Source: Phoronis australis (Eukaryota; Animalia; Phoronida). Taken from it: a stretch of DNA of 48,500 nt. Both the position numbers and the translations under genes were made by a program. The stretch spans positions 67,093 to 115,592 of the forward strand of contig NMRA01000341.1 of NCBI GenBank assembly GCA_002633005.1, written 5' to 3'. Below, in pieces: positions 23,261 to 36,600 of the stretch (position 1 is its first letter; every line of letters begins with the position of its first letter). The notes beneath the pieces are model-generated. The model had not been told where the DNA came from. It saw only the letters and a list, made by a program, of their open reading frames with translations, and searched no databases.

Positions 23261-26200
23261 TTGAGTCGATATTTGCCGAGACTGTTTAATGTCACTCAGT
23301 GGGCACAGACCCCCAGCTTGAATATAGAATGTCGTAAGGTGTGAATTTTCGAAACAAAAACCTGGACCCGTGTTTGGATGGCATAAAAGGGAAGTTTTTG
23401 GACATTGGCGTAGGAAACATTTGATGGTTGGGGGGATGAGAGTCTGTTAATTTCAATTTTATTTTAAAACAAAGTTTGTGTGTTGAACGTTTCAATAAAT
23501 AATTGTTAATTAATTGATATCAATACCTGGAATTTTTGGTTGAAGGGCTTCCCCCGTTTTTGCTCCTATCTCTTCTTCAGCAGATCTCACTTTAATTTTC
23601 CCATTGCTTTGTAAAATAGGCCTACATGTATGAACGGATTTCTGCTTTCACCACTTTAATAATCAATCCAACACTGGACACTTATAATCAAGTATTCAAA
23701 CCCGTGAGCTCAACGTTTTTATAATCAACTAATAAAATCGAAAATTTTGTGAAATGTTTTCAAAATGTCGAATTTTCATGTCTCGAAAACTTGTGGGGAA
23801 GGTGAGTATTTGAGAGGAAAATCACACATAAAAGTACGGATAATACTGATGGGTTTATATAGCAACTATTTAGGCTTTGAGTTGGATGTGGTCGTTTGCA
23901 GCTACACATGCGAGTGTGCTTCATAGGAACGCAATCTCGTCGAGATCCTACAAGCATTTCAGGAGTTACAGTAGCGGAGGCCGGACGTCCAGACATGGGC
24001 ATTATGTGGGTACATAATGCCGTCATCCCCGGGGGGTTGCCGGCAGTACGCACCCACATAATCTATATGTGGACGCATGAAAAGTTAGTGGCAGTTAGTG
24101 AATTCTGTATGTCAGCAGTATTTAGAAACCGAGACTGTCTCGGCTGTGATGCTCCAAACAGAGCAACATTATGTTAGCCTACGCATGGATCTTGTTTCTT
24201 ACGACTTCATTATGAGGACCTTGTTTTCCTTTTGATTTGTTGTCGATTTACGTTGAGAGTTCTTTTCATTAACGTTTAAATCCTTTTGTTTTCTTTCTGT
24301 TTTGACCAGAAAGCATGATTCTCGGCGGTATAGCTGATAGACGTTGGTGTATTGTAACTGTAGAATTTGGCGCGATTGGAATTCGAAGACAACGACGAAT
24401 GCATTGGATAAGCGATGACCCATCTGGGAAAAGTCAACGTAAACGAGCCAGGCGAGCGATTTTCAAAATGGATACGGATGCAGAATTTGTGGAAACTTGT
24501 TCGGTGCTTTTATTAAATAATTTCAATTAACCAGTCTTAGCCAGCAGTGCATGGCTGTGTATAGTGAAAAACGCTCGACTTAATCAGACACTTCTTCCAA
24601 CGTGGGTAATCTACGTGACTGACTATTTTCAATTCCATCGAGCCCACGAGTTTACCTGCCGCGAAAATAGATGTCGTGCCCGTATGTGATATCTCCATGA
24701 CTACACCGTGAGTGGTGACAAGCGGTCGTAATCCTTGGGGAAACTTAGTGTTGTATTCATACACATGTAGACGCAGAACTGCGCACCACGATAGGAGCGA
24801 ATTGGTCACGTGCACACAATCAAGTGAACAAAAACAAGTCTTTGGTGAGTAGGTTTAAAGGATATTGCGGAAAGCTGGCTGGTAAATGTTCCACAGTACC
24901 TATTGTCCTGCTTTTAATGACTTGTAAACATGTAGATAAGTCCGAATAAAATAAGTATATTGAAAATAAAAACCACTTGTGCTACCACGCAACTTGTATT
25001 ATGTAGAAAATTAAGAGTTGTTACTGAACTTACTCATCCTTGACAAGCAGAAAAAATGGTTTTGTATGTATATATACACACTCCCAGCTATCACACGCCT
25101 CGGACAGGATTCTGACTAGTTTCCCGCTGATTTACTTTACTCAACTCCGACCTCATCAAGCAGAGGTCGCACAGGCTTGAAACAGCTAGCCAGCAGACGC
25201 TGGCGAAACGTTGCCCTCAAATAAGTTCAGTAACGACTCACTAATTTTCTGAATATCATTCTCGTACTGAATGAGTTATAACATACATCAATTTACTATG
25301 CTATGTTTAAGAATGCTCTTCACTTCCTTTCAATTATGGGATGAGAAATGCGTTAACTCTGCCCATTCCCTCGGCCAGTGCTACAGGCCTACCAAAGACG
25401 GGGAGCTTTCTATGTAACCGTTGAGTGGCGCTGCTTTAGTTTATTTGAATCAGAAAAGCACCTGTTAATATACTGACCACAGCTTATTTTACATGTATTT
25501 CTGACCAAGCCTAGCCACAGCGTTTGATCAAGTGACATAAGGTTGAGATTTTATTACCCAACATGTATAGCTACTCACTGCATTTCCCCCACAAATTATT
25601 GAATTCACCCAACACTCCTTACGTTGTGTGACACTAGTGCATTGGTTATAACTATTATCAATATGAAAAAACCTACTTATCATCACACAGTTGTCTTCAA
25701 TAAGTTTGGACAGAAACTCTTAATCAGTCTGTTACCAGTGAAGGGCAGAAGTTTGGAGATCCTGGGGTGATTTTTTATTGAATGCCCTTCTCTCTACTCA
25801 AAGGCATGGAACCTAGTACTAAGAAGATTCACAATTAGAAAAAAGTTTGTTCATAGTGACTAGATGTCTGGGGCTTTCGCCCCCTTTCTGCATGCTACTG
25901 TCTGTTACACTGGCTCTAGGACCAAGAACATGACAGAACATTTTATGTTCACCTGTGCACGCTAAGTTACATTTGGGAAAATCGCGTTACCCATAGAGGG
26001 CGCAGCTTTGGGAGACAGCCCCATCTTAAATGTTACCAGCCACAAACTTCTAGTTCCCAACACAAGCACTAGGCGACCAATAGTTGAGAAAAACAAAACA
26101 AGGGCATTGTTTCGTAGATGGCAGACAATTGAAAGAAGCAGATCATGCAAAATCACACAGGTGAAAGGCATGTGTTTTGCAAGAGTATGCTCGAAACTGC

Positions 26201-26346
26201 TCTAGTGCAACCTAACAAAATGACAGCAACTGAAGTGATTGGTTAGTGAGGTTGGAATGCTGAATAATACAATAAATTAATAAAATTCATGAATTTTAGA
26301 ATAGAACTCACTGTTTCCGTTCCATACGCAAATAAAATTTGTGTAA

Positions 26347-26671
26347 ACAGAACACAGTCAAGGAATTTGGCTTGGATATATAAAACACAGTCAAGGTGTG
26401 TGACCAAGGCCTACAGAACACAGTCGAGATATGTAGCCTGGGTATACAGAACACAGTCGAGGTTTGTGGTTTGGATATACAGAACACAGTCGAGGTCTTT
26501 GGCTTGGGCCTACAGACCACAGTTGAGGTATGTGGCTTAGGTATACAGAACACAGTCGAGGTTTGTGGTTTGAATATACAGAACACAGTCGAGGTCTTTG
26601 GCTTGGGCCTGCAGAACACAGTTGAAGTATGTGGCTTGGGCTTACAGAAAACAGTCAAGGTTTGTGGCTTA
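26347..26671. repeat. 33-bp minisatellite, about 10 units
   Basis: ACAGAACACAGTCGAGGTNTGTGGCTTGGGYNT units; explains the repetitive ORFs here. Confidence 0.92.
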
Positions 26672-26842
26672 ACAGTTGTCCACCATACTTTGAGCTGGAA
26701 TGATCATGTCGGTAAAAGTACTTGTCAATTCTGCACACCCTTGTAATACCAGGCAACACAGTGTTCAAAGAAGTTGCCAGGCCTGAGTCTTGATCAAAGA
26801 GGAAACAAAAATATACATTAATTGTGCATTTCAACTTCACAA

Positions 26843-27210
26843 AATGATATCGAATGCTACAACACAATGATGCTGCATGGCACAACAAATGATATTGCAT
26901 TCTTAAACACATTGATATCACATGCTACAACACAATATCACATGCTACAACACAATGATGCTGCATGGCACAACAAATGATATTGCATTCTTAAACACAT
27001 TGATATCACATGCTAAAACACAATATCACATGCTACAACACAATGATGCTGCATGGCACAACAAATGATATTGCATTCTTAAACACATTGATATCACATG
27101 CTAAAACACAATGATACCGCATGCTACAACACAATGATATGACATTCTACAACACAATATCACAAGCTGCAACACAATGACATTGTGCGCTGCAACACAA
27201 TGCCACATGC
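26843..27210. repeat. Compound minisatellite (ATGCTACAACACAATGAT...) with ~87-bp higher-order units
   Basis: Three near-identical blocks plus degenerate monomers. Confidence 0.88.
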
Positions 27211-27263
27211 AAAACTGACACTTGATACAGCCAGACAGGAAGTTCAACGACAGTTATGGGTGT

Positions 27264-27336
27264 TTTATTTACTAGGCAAATTAATTGCCCAACCAGTTTT
27301 CATTATCTAGTCTCCAAGCTGATTACTAAATTTATT
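27264..27336 (-). promoter_or_regulatory. Candidate PRMT5 polyadenylation signals
   Basis: AATAAA on - at 27331..27336 and 27264..27269, 125-200 nt past the stop codon. Confidence 0.5.
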
Positions 27337-27460
27337 GTTTCTTTCAAAATTCTTGCACAGCTAAGCGCTTATGAGTAATTTTTCTCAGACAGTCTTCTGA
27401 ATTTCACTGGCAATCTGACAGCACTGTGGTAACAAAGCAATACGAGGTTACGAATGTTGA

Positions 27461-27613
27461 TCACAAGCCGATGGTGTAAGACCTTCCGCGGGGATTGTGT
27501 ATAGGGTGTACCTGAGGCTCTGTGATACACCATTCATACCAACAGTTTTTGGGCGTCACACAGCGCCAGAAGTGAACTGTCACCTTGGAGTCCTTCTCCA
27601 CATATACAGGGTC
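27461..27613 (-). CDS. PRMT5: PRMT5 last coding exon (DPVYVEK...WYEW...[11 protein letters not shown])
   Basis: 153 nt ending in TGA; conserved C-terminal TIGL. Confidence 0.95.
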   Translation of the reverse strand, partial: DPVYVEKDSKVTVHFWRCVTPKNCWYEWCITEPQVHPIHNPRGRSYTIGL

Positions 27614-30600
27614 CTACAACACAAGACACAAAGTGAATTTTCAAAGAATAACAGTTCAGCAGCAGGCCCTTGTATCATGAGACGTACCTATAAAGGATAA
27701 TTATCCCAAAGCGGTCCTTTACCCAGACATCTAAGGGTACTTCCATAGCCTGAGCCTCCTGGAGCTATAAACTTCTCTTGCTGAGTTCGTTCGTAACACG
27801 ACAAATTCAAGGGGTCATGTTAAGCAAAGAATCTTGAACTGTGAGCTGAGAATCAACACAGTCACATTGTTTTTTAATTCAAGTTAAATTGACATACGAA
27901 ACAACAAGGATCAAACTAGTAACAAGGTACCTGTGTAGACGTACATGTGCCTCTGTACAGATACATGTGCCTCAGTACATGTACCAATATTTGAGTACTA
28001 CAGCAACTGGGATGTCAATAATAAGTCAAGACTGAACATATATGCAGACCTGTGTACCACCCAAACTGCACTGGGGTACTCCGAACGCCAGATTTGCAGA
28101 TTTTCCAGTAAATTCGCAGATTCCCACGTACAGACCAAATTTACTTTCACTATCTGACCGACTAAAAAAAGGAGGGGGCATTTCTTAGCGTTCAGACCTT
28201 TCGCGCCGAATTCTTGCCTCTTTAGAGGACTTTTGTCTTGTTTCCTCGGACTCGGTTTTGGGATTCATTCAACGCGTATAAGTTCTTTTCCTACTTGCTT
28301 GGCTCTCAAACACTTTCTAAAACACACGTAGTGAATTGATCACCAATTTTCAGAATAACTTAAGTTGTTTAGTTGAGGGACAACGCGCATAGTGAAAAGG
28401 TCCTGTTAATCAAGTGTCCTTACTGAACTTAGTTATGTTAATACATGCCTAATGTACACCACATTTCATAACACAACAACATATCTGCAAAAATGTGTTG
28501 ATGAATCTGCACTGGACAATATTTTGCATCGATATTTTCTTAACCATTCACAAAAGTTTTGAATAATTATTCACTGCAAGTGTCTGTGATGACGTACCAC
28601 CATACTGCAGGCGAAAAGACCTTGAGTCGAGGCTCGACTCCTTGAGAGCTCGCCTGCTCGAGGCTCGACTGTGGCTCGTGTAGGCCTATTATCGTCAGCT
28701 CAACACGCTATGAAATCAGTGCAATCACCATTTCCGCAAAAAATACGCTATACAACTTGCAGTATAAATTCCACGGTCCCTTGGATAAGACATTGTCATT
28801 CTTTGGAATAACGTCGCAAAAACAGATGTTCCCTTCTTTCTGAATCTACTTTCTTGACAACTCGGAATATGCGACCACACGTGCTTTGCCATTTTGTCAA
28901 CAGTACGTATTTAGCCGTAAATAGCCGGAATTAGACGAAGTAAGCAATCCACAAATCTCAGATGTCGTTGCTTATAGATTAGGCCTGTGAAACACATGCC
29001 GACAGAAGAGGCCTCACAATTTGCCGATTATCAGGCTATTTCGCGAATGAAACAAGGAAGTTTTCCGAGTTTGTAGCTCAACTTTTTAACTAAAATAATG
29101 ATTTTACAATACCTTTTTTCATTTCTAACTTTAAAATTACTTCCTCATCTGTTTAGACCACAAATCTGCGAGAAGCAAGGGAATTAATAATCTATTTTGA
29201 ATTTGCTGAATTTGCGTATTTTTGCCTGGCCGTGCGTACTTGCGTACTGGAGGCTTGATTTCCGTACGAATCCGCATTTTTTGCGTATGGTACACAGGTC
29301 TGTATAATGTGTTGACCTACTGTGTGTACTGTTGTACCAGAGTAATCAAAAATGTATTTGATCACTCAGATATGACTCGGAATCAATTCTGAAATAAGTA
29401 TTTACACCTTACAGGCTATGGAATGGCACGTGATATACAGGTTTTCTCTTGCAGATGGTCCTAAAACAAACCACTCACAAGACTCTGGGGTGGTTACGGG
29501 TGCCCCTATGGAACCTTTGTAACAGAAATGTGGTTGAGTACAGGTCAATCCAAACTCTTTTCCATGTCCACAAGTCAAAAAAACACTTCAGAACATTCCT
29601 AATAAAATAAAAATTTTCATCTGACCACTTGGGGCACTTTGTACCATTTTAGTGGCACTTAAAATGGCAATAAAGTTGAATTCTGCCAAAGAAGTGAACT
29701 TTTGTTTTCAATCACTTACTGCTCTAAATTTGGTCTCAACTTGCTCCTTAGATGAGAAGTGATATCTGGGCCAGCCTCATCCCGAAGCCTGGCGCTGATT
29801 GGTTTAGCCATTTGAGGCTTGGTTATGGGAAATCAAATGCATCAAAATTCTGACACATTTTTACAGAAATCGCGGGAATATCACAAGTAACATAATTTTG
29901 AAGTTTTCTGCAGTATAATATAACAAGAGCAACACAGAGCATTGAAAAGCGCCCACAAATGCAGACGTCAAAAACAGACTAAAAACAGTAAAAATGATGG
30001 CATAAAATACGTTGAATCCATCCAAAAACAGGAACATGTCATCGTTTCTTTAATAGAAAGTTATTTCCACATTTCATACAAATCCATCAAGGAAATTCAG
30101 AGAAACAGAGGAAAACAAAAATGAAATTCCCACCAGGGGGCATAGGTTTGTCAGATCTGTCTGAAAGTCGTTATTGTATTTTGTCAACTTCATATAAATA
30201 CACTTGCTAAATTTATTGAAGATCCTGCAGAGGGTTTAGGAGATGAGCTATGGAGGGAAAAAAAATACTGCCACTAGGAGGTGCCACAGTAGTCGAAGTC
30301 GTCGATCCATCTTCTTCACACAAAGAACATATTTGCCAGTTTTCACAATCATCCTTAGAGTGGTTTGGTTGATAGAGGGGCTGACACCAAGAGACAGACT
30401 CGAAAACAGTAAAAATGGCCACTAGATAGCACAAACTACATCGAATCCATCCGAAAACGGGAGGATAGCATCATCTCACTAATAGATGCCTATGTACCAA
30501 ATTTCATGAAAATCCGTTGAGGACCTTTGAGGTAAATGTAAAAAAAATGCCAATAGGGGGCCCAGTGATATTCGGGTTGGTCCGAAACTCGTTGTCCTCT

Positions 30601-33600
30601 GTCATCAGTCCCATAGGAACACACCTTCCAAATTTCAATAAGATCATGTAAGGGATTTAGGAGATAAAGTCGCGGATGCCGGAACCAGATGCCCGGACAC
30701 CCAGACAGAAATGACGGCAACATGCACCCACATATAAATATGTGGGCACATAAAAATGAAAACTAACGGTAATTTAGGTCTAAATTATTGCAAAAATTAT
30801 GAACTTTGATTCAAAAACAGATTAATTTCTATGACACTATTAACAAAAAAGAATTACGCGGACAACCTTTCTTTTAAACAATAACCATAACAATGCCTTC
30901 TGCTTCATGAATGGCAGCAACAACGCCTGTGAAAATAATTAAAATCTGCTTTTGTTTTAAAGACGTCAGGGCAGTGGCCAGTCATTGCCCAGAAGGTAAT
31001 TCCCATAACCAAACCCCAAATGGCTAAACCAATCAGCGCCACTTTGAGGCTTGGGGACGTGGCTGTATCTGGGCTTGCAGAGAACTGGCAGCTTGTTATT
31101 GCCCGACACTATGCATGCTCCGCGCATAAAATGACCCACTGTGTACAAGTCACATTGTAGAGCCCTGTCATTAGCAGTTCACCAAGAAACAATTTCAGAC
31201 CAACTTCATAACAGTAAGTGATTTAACAAAAATTATATTTTCATGATCGTGGAAGGAGGGTTGATAGCCGCTTAATGCTCTTTTAAATAATGGGATATTC
31301 AATCTAGAATTTGGCACCTAGGAATTCCTTTCCTGTTTTAGGGTTGACTGTCTGGCATATACCATGCATAGTGCGAAAGATGAATACTTTTCTATGAACA
31401 TGATTTCAAGTGGTGCACTTGAATGTTTCATCAAAAGCATTTGAGCACCTTTTCACTTTTGAGGGCCATGGGGCCTCAAACTGTACACGCTGCCTGTTTA
31501 ATTTTTATTTAGGAATGACTACCTAAGCTGAACTCCGGTACTTACCCTGATAGGGAAATAAATAGGGAACCAGCTGAACATGTTGGCTGAATGTGTGGCA
31601 GGAAGGATACCTGGTGAACAGATGGAACTCAGAATAACGAGTGTGTCATGTAGATTTATCTTCACTATTATATACTCAAGGGAAAAGAATCACAAAACCT
31701 GACTGCAAAGAGGTGTTATTACGGCTTCATAATCACTGAATCATAATCAGAGTTTATTTGACCTAGATTTAATAATTATTTGCCTGGATAATATTACAAG
31801 AGAGAGGATACAGAAGTCAATGATCAGCATAACATCTGCATTGCAGGGAATCATTTGCCGTGTGAAAAGTGCATTTTCTTGCTGGAATGGGAATACTCAC
31901 AACTGATCTGTATAATAAATGAAGCATTCTTGGTCAACTTTTTTTTAGCAAATTTATCTGCTGTTCCAATACAAAACAGGACTTTTAACAAGTAAGTGAC
32001 TTAACTCTGGGCTGGTGACTTGATTTTCGGACTCAGTTGCACAGCAGGCGATCCACCTGAGATACTTTTTGTGACTAAAAAATTGCGATCTTTTTGTAAA
32101 TTAGTCGTCAGTTTTTAGATAAAAAGGTTAAACAAACTTGTTCTGTGCTGGTGTGCATACGTGTTAAAGCAGCATGTTAGTACTCTGTTTAGGCGTCTTA
32201 CTTTCATAAAATAAGTCTCACAATATTAGTAACAGAAACACAATCTTATCACAGTAATGAATATTTGTGAAACCAATTTCACGACAGTAAAAGTCCTAAT
32301 TCTTATTTCCGACAGCTAAACGGCATAGGATTTAGCTTTAAGCTAAACAAGGTCAAGTTTTTAGTATGGCAGAATGCCTCTCGAAGTGTTCAATGTATGG
32401 TAGTACCAATGTTATCACTGAGATATGGTTTATAATATTATGGTTTTAACATGTGTGGGTTGAACAGGCAGTTGGCTACGGTGGATCTTTTCTGCATTGT
32501 TTCCAATGTCTAAAGGACAGTTATTTAGATTTAGAATGGATTCCACAACCTCATTGTTCGTGTACTTTGTGTGGAAAATGTGCAGTCAAATTTGTTAAGC
32601 TAGAGAATAAAGATTTACACGTTCCCCTCAATACAGCTACGCTAGTGCTAGCGTGAATAAAAGGAGTGCAAATGTAATTTAATGTGAACTAAGATTGCTC
32701 ATAATCTTAATTGTCTGACCAGGCTACCAAACTAGTGACAGCCGAATAAGATTGCTCATCAGTTCCCTGACCTATGTGTCTTCTACATGATACGTCACCT
32801 TGAAAACTACCAATCTGACAATTTCGTTTTGATAAATTAACTTACTCATCCAAATGTCTTTGTATAATTCGGAGTCGAAATATCCAGCAAAGCCATGCAG
32901 GACTCCACACTGTGTGATGTTGAATGTCAATGACACATAACGTGAGTTGTCAGAGTTATCTGAAGAAAAGAGCAAAGTAAATGATTCCAGCTTCTAGTAA
33001 TAAAATAAATTTGAATAGTGGAAATGCCACTCGCAGATCTTGAGGGTCAGGTTCACCCTTGGTTTGAACACTGTAAGTGCCACTTGCAGATCTCAACGAG
33101 GGTCACGTTCACCCTTGGTTTGAACACTGAAAGTGCCACTTGCAGATCTTGAGGGTCACGTTCACCCTTGGTTTGAACACTGTAAGTGCCACTTGCAGAT
33201 CTCAACGAGGGTCACGTTCACCCTTGGTTTGAACACTGTAAGTGCCACTTGCAGATCTTGAGGCTCACGTTCACCCTTGGTTTGAACACTGTAAGTGCCA
33301 CTTGCAGATCTTGAGGGTCATGTTCACCCTTGGTTTGAACACTGTAAGTGCCACTTGCAGATCTCAACGAGGGTCATGTTCACACTTGGTTTGGCCAACG
33401 CGTTCACATTTAGATCAACACCTGAGCATCTGTTCAGTTCTCTCACATAATCCTGAATGGCTCAACTACACACAAGTTGCGCTTATTTAGAACTTCAACT
33501 TTCAAATTACATTTAATACCTACTCAGGTACACATTTCTTATTCCAGGTGGCAGCACCATTCAGATAAATAGCAGCATGATAAAATAAGGGACAGTGTTA

Positions 33601-36600
33601 AGTTTACTTCACTTCCAGTCCACCAATGGAGAGACCCCCCCTCCGAGACTGACTTCTACTGATCATCCCATAGAGGTCCATCAGCACAGTCCACTCTTAA
33701 TTTCTCCCCCTCCTACAATACATGTACCTTTCTTTGGGTGCACGAATTTGAAGACAGGCTGCGGTTCAGCCATGACATGGCAGTTATGGAGGCGCACCAC
33801 ATATGGCATCTCAAACGGTGTCTGTAACAACCACGACCTCTAATTTACGTTAGTAACAAAAATAGTCGAAGCAAACACGTGGCCCTGCTGACTCACTGTC
33901 AAACACTTCAAGCAAGGTGAGCATTGATTAACCAAGATGGCATGCCAACAATGTTTGCTTTAAGCTGCGTTGTTGAATCCTTTGATGCAGTGAAGCTAAT
34001 GAACAGTTTACAGACTCAATTTTAATCAGCTGCAGGAAACAAAATTAAAAATAAAGATGGTCAGCTTCTTTCCTTGGTATGTTTTAACATTTTCCAGTCA
34101 TTAAAAGTGTGTAGACACGTGCTAGTCTAATGTTTTCTGACTCAAAGAAACTAAAATGGACCCCAAAACTACTGGAAGAGGGGTCTGTAATGTTTGGGAG
34201 CGTCAAGAAAACAATGTGCCAGACACTGCACAGTTCGTTTAAGAGCAGTCAGTGGTCAATCACAGTAACTGGCTAAAGTTTACTGGAGAAAATTGAACTT
34301 CAAAGGCAGAATAGACAACAGGATCATTCAGCTCATGCTTTCTGACTGCACGTCATCGTATAACTGGTGTGACCTTAGTCCACCAACTTACATCAGGGTG
34401 TTTGTAATGTTCTCTACAACCTCTCGCTTCGTTGTACAGTTTTGACGACTGTAGTGGTGCCAAATAGGAAGTATAATTCATGGGTATACTGATGCCATCC
34501 TCTGTAAGACAAACACAGTCATGCAGAATGGTATATCTCTAATGACAACAAAATTTCTCAATCTGAGACTTTGGAAGACTGTTTATTGTCCATAATAATT
34601 GTAACTGAGCCAGCTCTACAGAACATAAAGTAACAACAACTGAACGGAAATCTTGACTGATGATGAGAAAGATGACCAATTTGACAGGTTTACTTAATTT
34701 TTTTGTTTAGTTTTAATGCCTACATATTCACAAACTTTCTCATTACAGGGCTGTCAACCCATGCTAAAAATCTGCATTTTGCTCATGAAAACTTGTTCTG
34801 GTTCTCAGTGCAAAAGTCAGCATAACAAAACATGGCAAATTCCTTTTGACACTTTCTAAATGTAAAAAATTCATTGGATGAAAACGACGACGGATTTAAA
34901 CAGGCTTAACATGTTTCATTTATGTTCAATTTATTTAACCCTAAGGAAAAAATTCCTATGGGTCTACGGTCCAGGGTATTGTACAAATTTATCTGTGCTG
35001 GATGTGTTTCCAGTTATATAGGTGAAACTGTTCGCCATTTGAAAACCAGGACCAGGAAACATCCTATATTCTGACAGAAGTTCACATATTAATATTCATC
35101 TGCAGAGCTCCAATCATTGTTATGAGCAATGCTCTTTCTATGACTTTGCTATAATAGACCAAGCAGAAACAACAAAGGAGCTGAAAATTCGTGAGGCTGT
35201 ACACATCAATTGGTGCAAGCCCAGTTTCAACAGGCAACTGGAACATCACAGGTTGTCATTGTTAGTCTAGTCTACTGTAACTCTCCTGTAACTGACTGTG
35301 TCTGTGCATCATTACTTGTTGTTGAGCCTAGCAGGGTGGCCACAGTTTTTTCTTCTGACGATGCAGTTTTAATAAACGCCGAAACATGTCAAACCGGTTT
35401 TAATCCATCGTTGTTTTTATTAATGCTGCTACTTGCTATCATGGAGATAATTCATAGGACTATTCAACTCCAAAATTCTGTTGTCAGCATTTTGACAATG
35501 ATTTCCACAGCAGATATCAATCAAAGCACTAAGCCATGTGAACACACTTTTCATAAGTCAATCATTTATTAATTTAACTCAATTCAGCAGAGCAATCATG
35601 AAAGGATAAGTTTGATAATTATGCAAATAACATTTTGTTACTCGGGATACAACTTATTGGTGATTACTCGCACTCCAGACTATTTCATTTATTGAAGTTT
35701 TCTGCTTTGATCTTTTCGAATTTGGCACTTCAAAATGCTGATAATTTTAAAGACATCATTCAATCTCAGCTCATTTATTTTAACAGACTGAACTATATGC
35801 TTAACATGGATAACATTAAAATCCATGCGTAATGACTTTTAGGCCTACTCTTAAAGGAGAATGCCACCCGATTTAATTAGTTTTTGTTGCGGTGTTAATC
35901 GGTCTATATGCACATCGCCTCATTATACAGGCGGTCTCACCTCGTCGAAAGGTGTAATTTGCGTTCACCTGTGAGGAAGGTGAGTAAACGACGCAAAGCC
36001 GCCAGAGGTTCTTCAACTGAGTGTGTGCCGCTATGATGTGGCGTATCATTCCTGCTTGTGCAAACCACGAGATCGTGAGGAAAGCGGGTGTATTGTTTCT
36101 TCTCTATTTCCTCAAGAACGCGAAATGCTTCAGAAGTAGTACCCCACAATAAAGAACGAAAAGTATGCCGTTAATACCAAGTATGAGGCCGTAAAATATC
36201 TCCGTGTCTGTGGTCGGAATTATTCTATTTCAAAATGAATTATTCTCATCCTAACCGATGTTTATATAAAACTGAAAGAAAGCGTCATAGTCTGTCTCCG
36301 TAGATACAATTTGTAATGCCTTAGAGTGTTTGTGAGTACAAATGTTTTGAGAAATCAACCATGAATAAATCATCATTACCGGCTTCAGATGCAATATAAC
36401 TAATTGACCGCCGTGTGAGCGCATGCTAATTCAGTGTTTGCTGACAAAAAGCTGCAATATATGCTATGGTCAGATGTTAGGGGAACCTTTATTTACATAT
36501 ATATAGTTCATGATTCAAAATTTTGTAATTGAACACCTTCTCCTTGTACAGTTCTGTGGAAGGTGAACCTGGCTTCACGGCCCCCCAAAGAGTAAGTAGA

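Noticed and set aside
23700-24840. Possible third gene between VAT1L and PRMT5
   Set aside because: Short ORFs with no recognisable domain or consistent exon chain.
26289-26746. Repeat-protein ORFs (QNTVEVCGLGL / STVFCRPKP), also 39374..39697
   Set aside because: Translations of minisatellites; open in several frames and strands, with no gene context.
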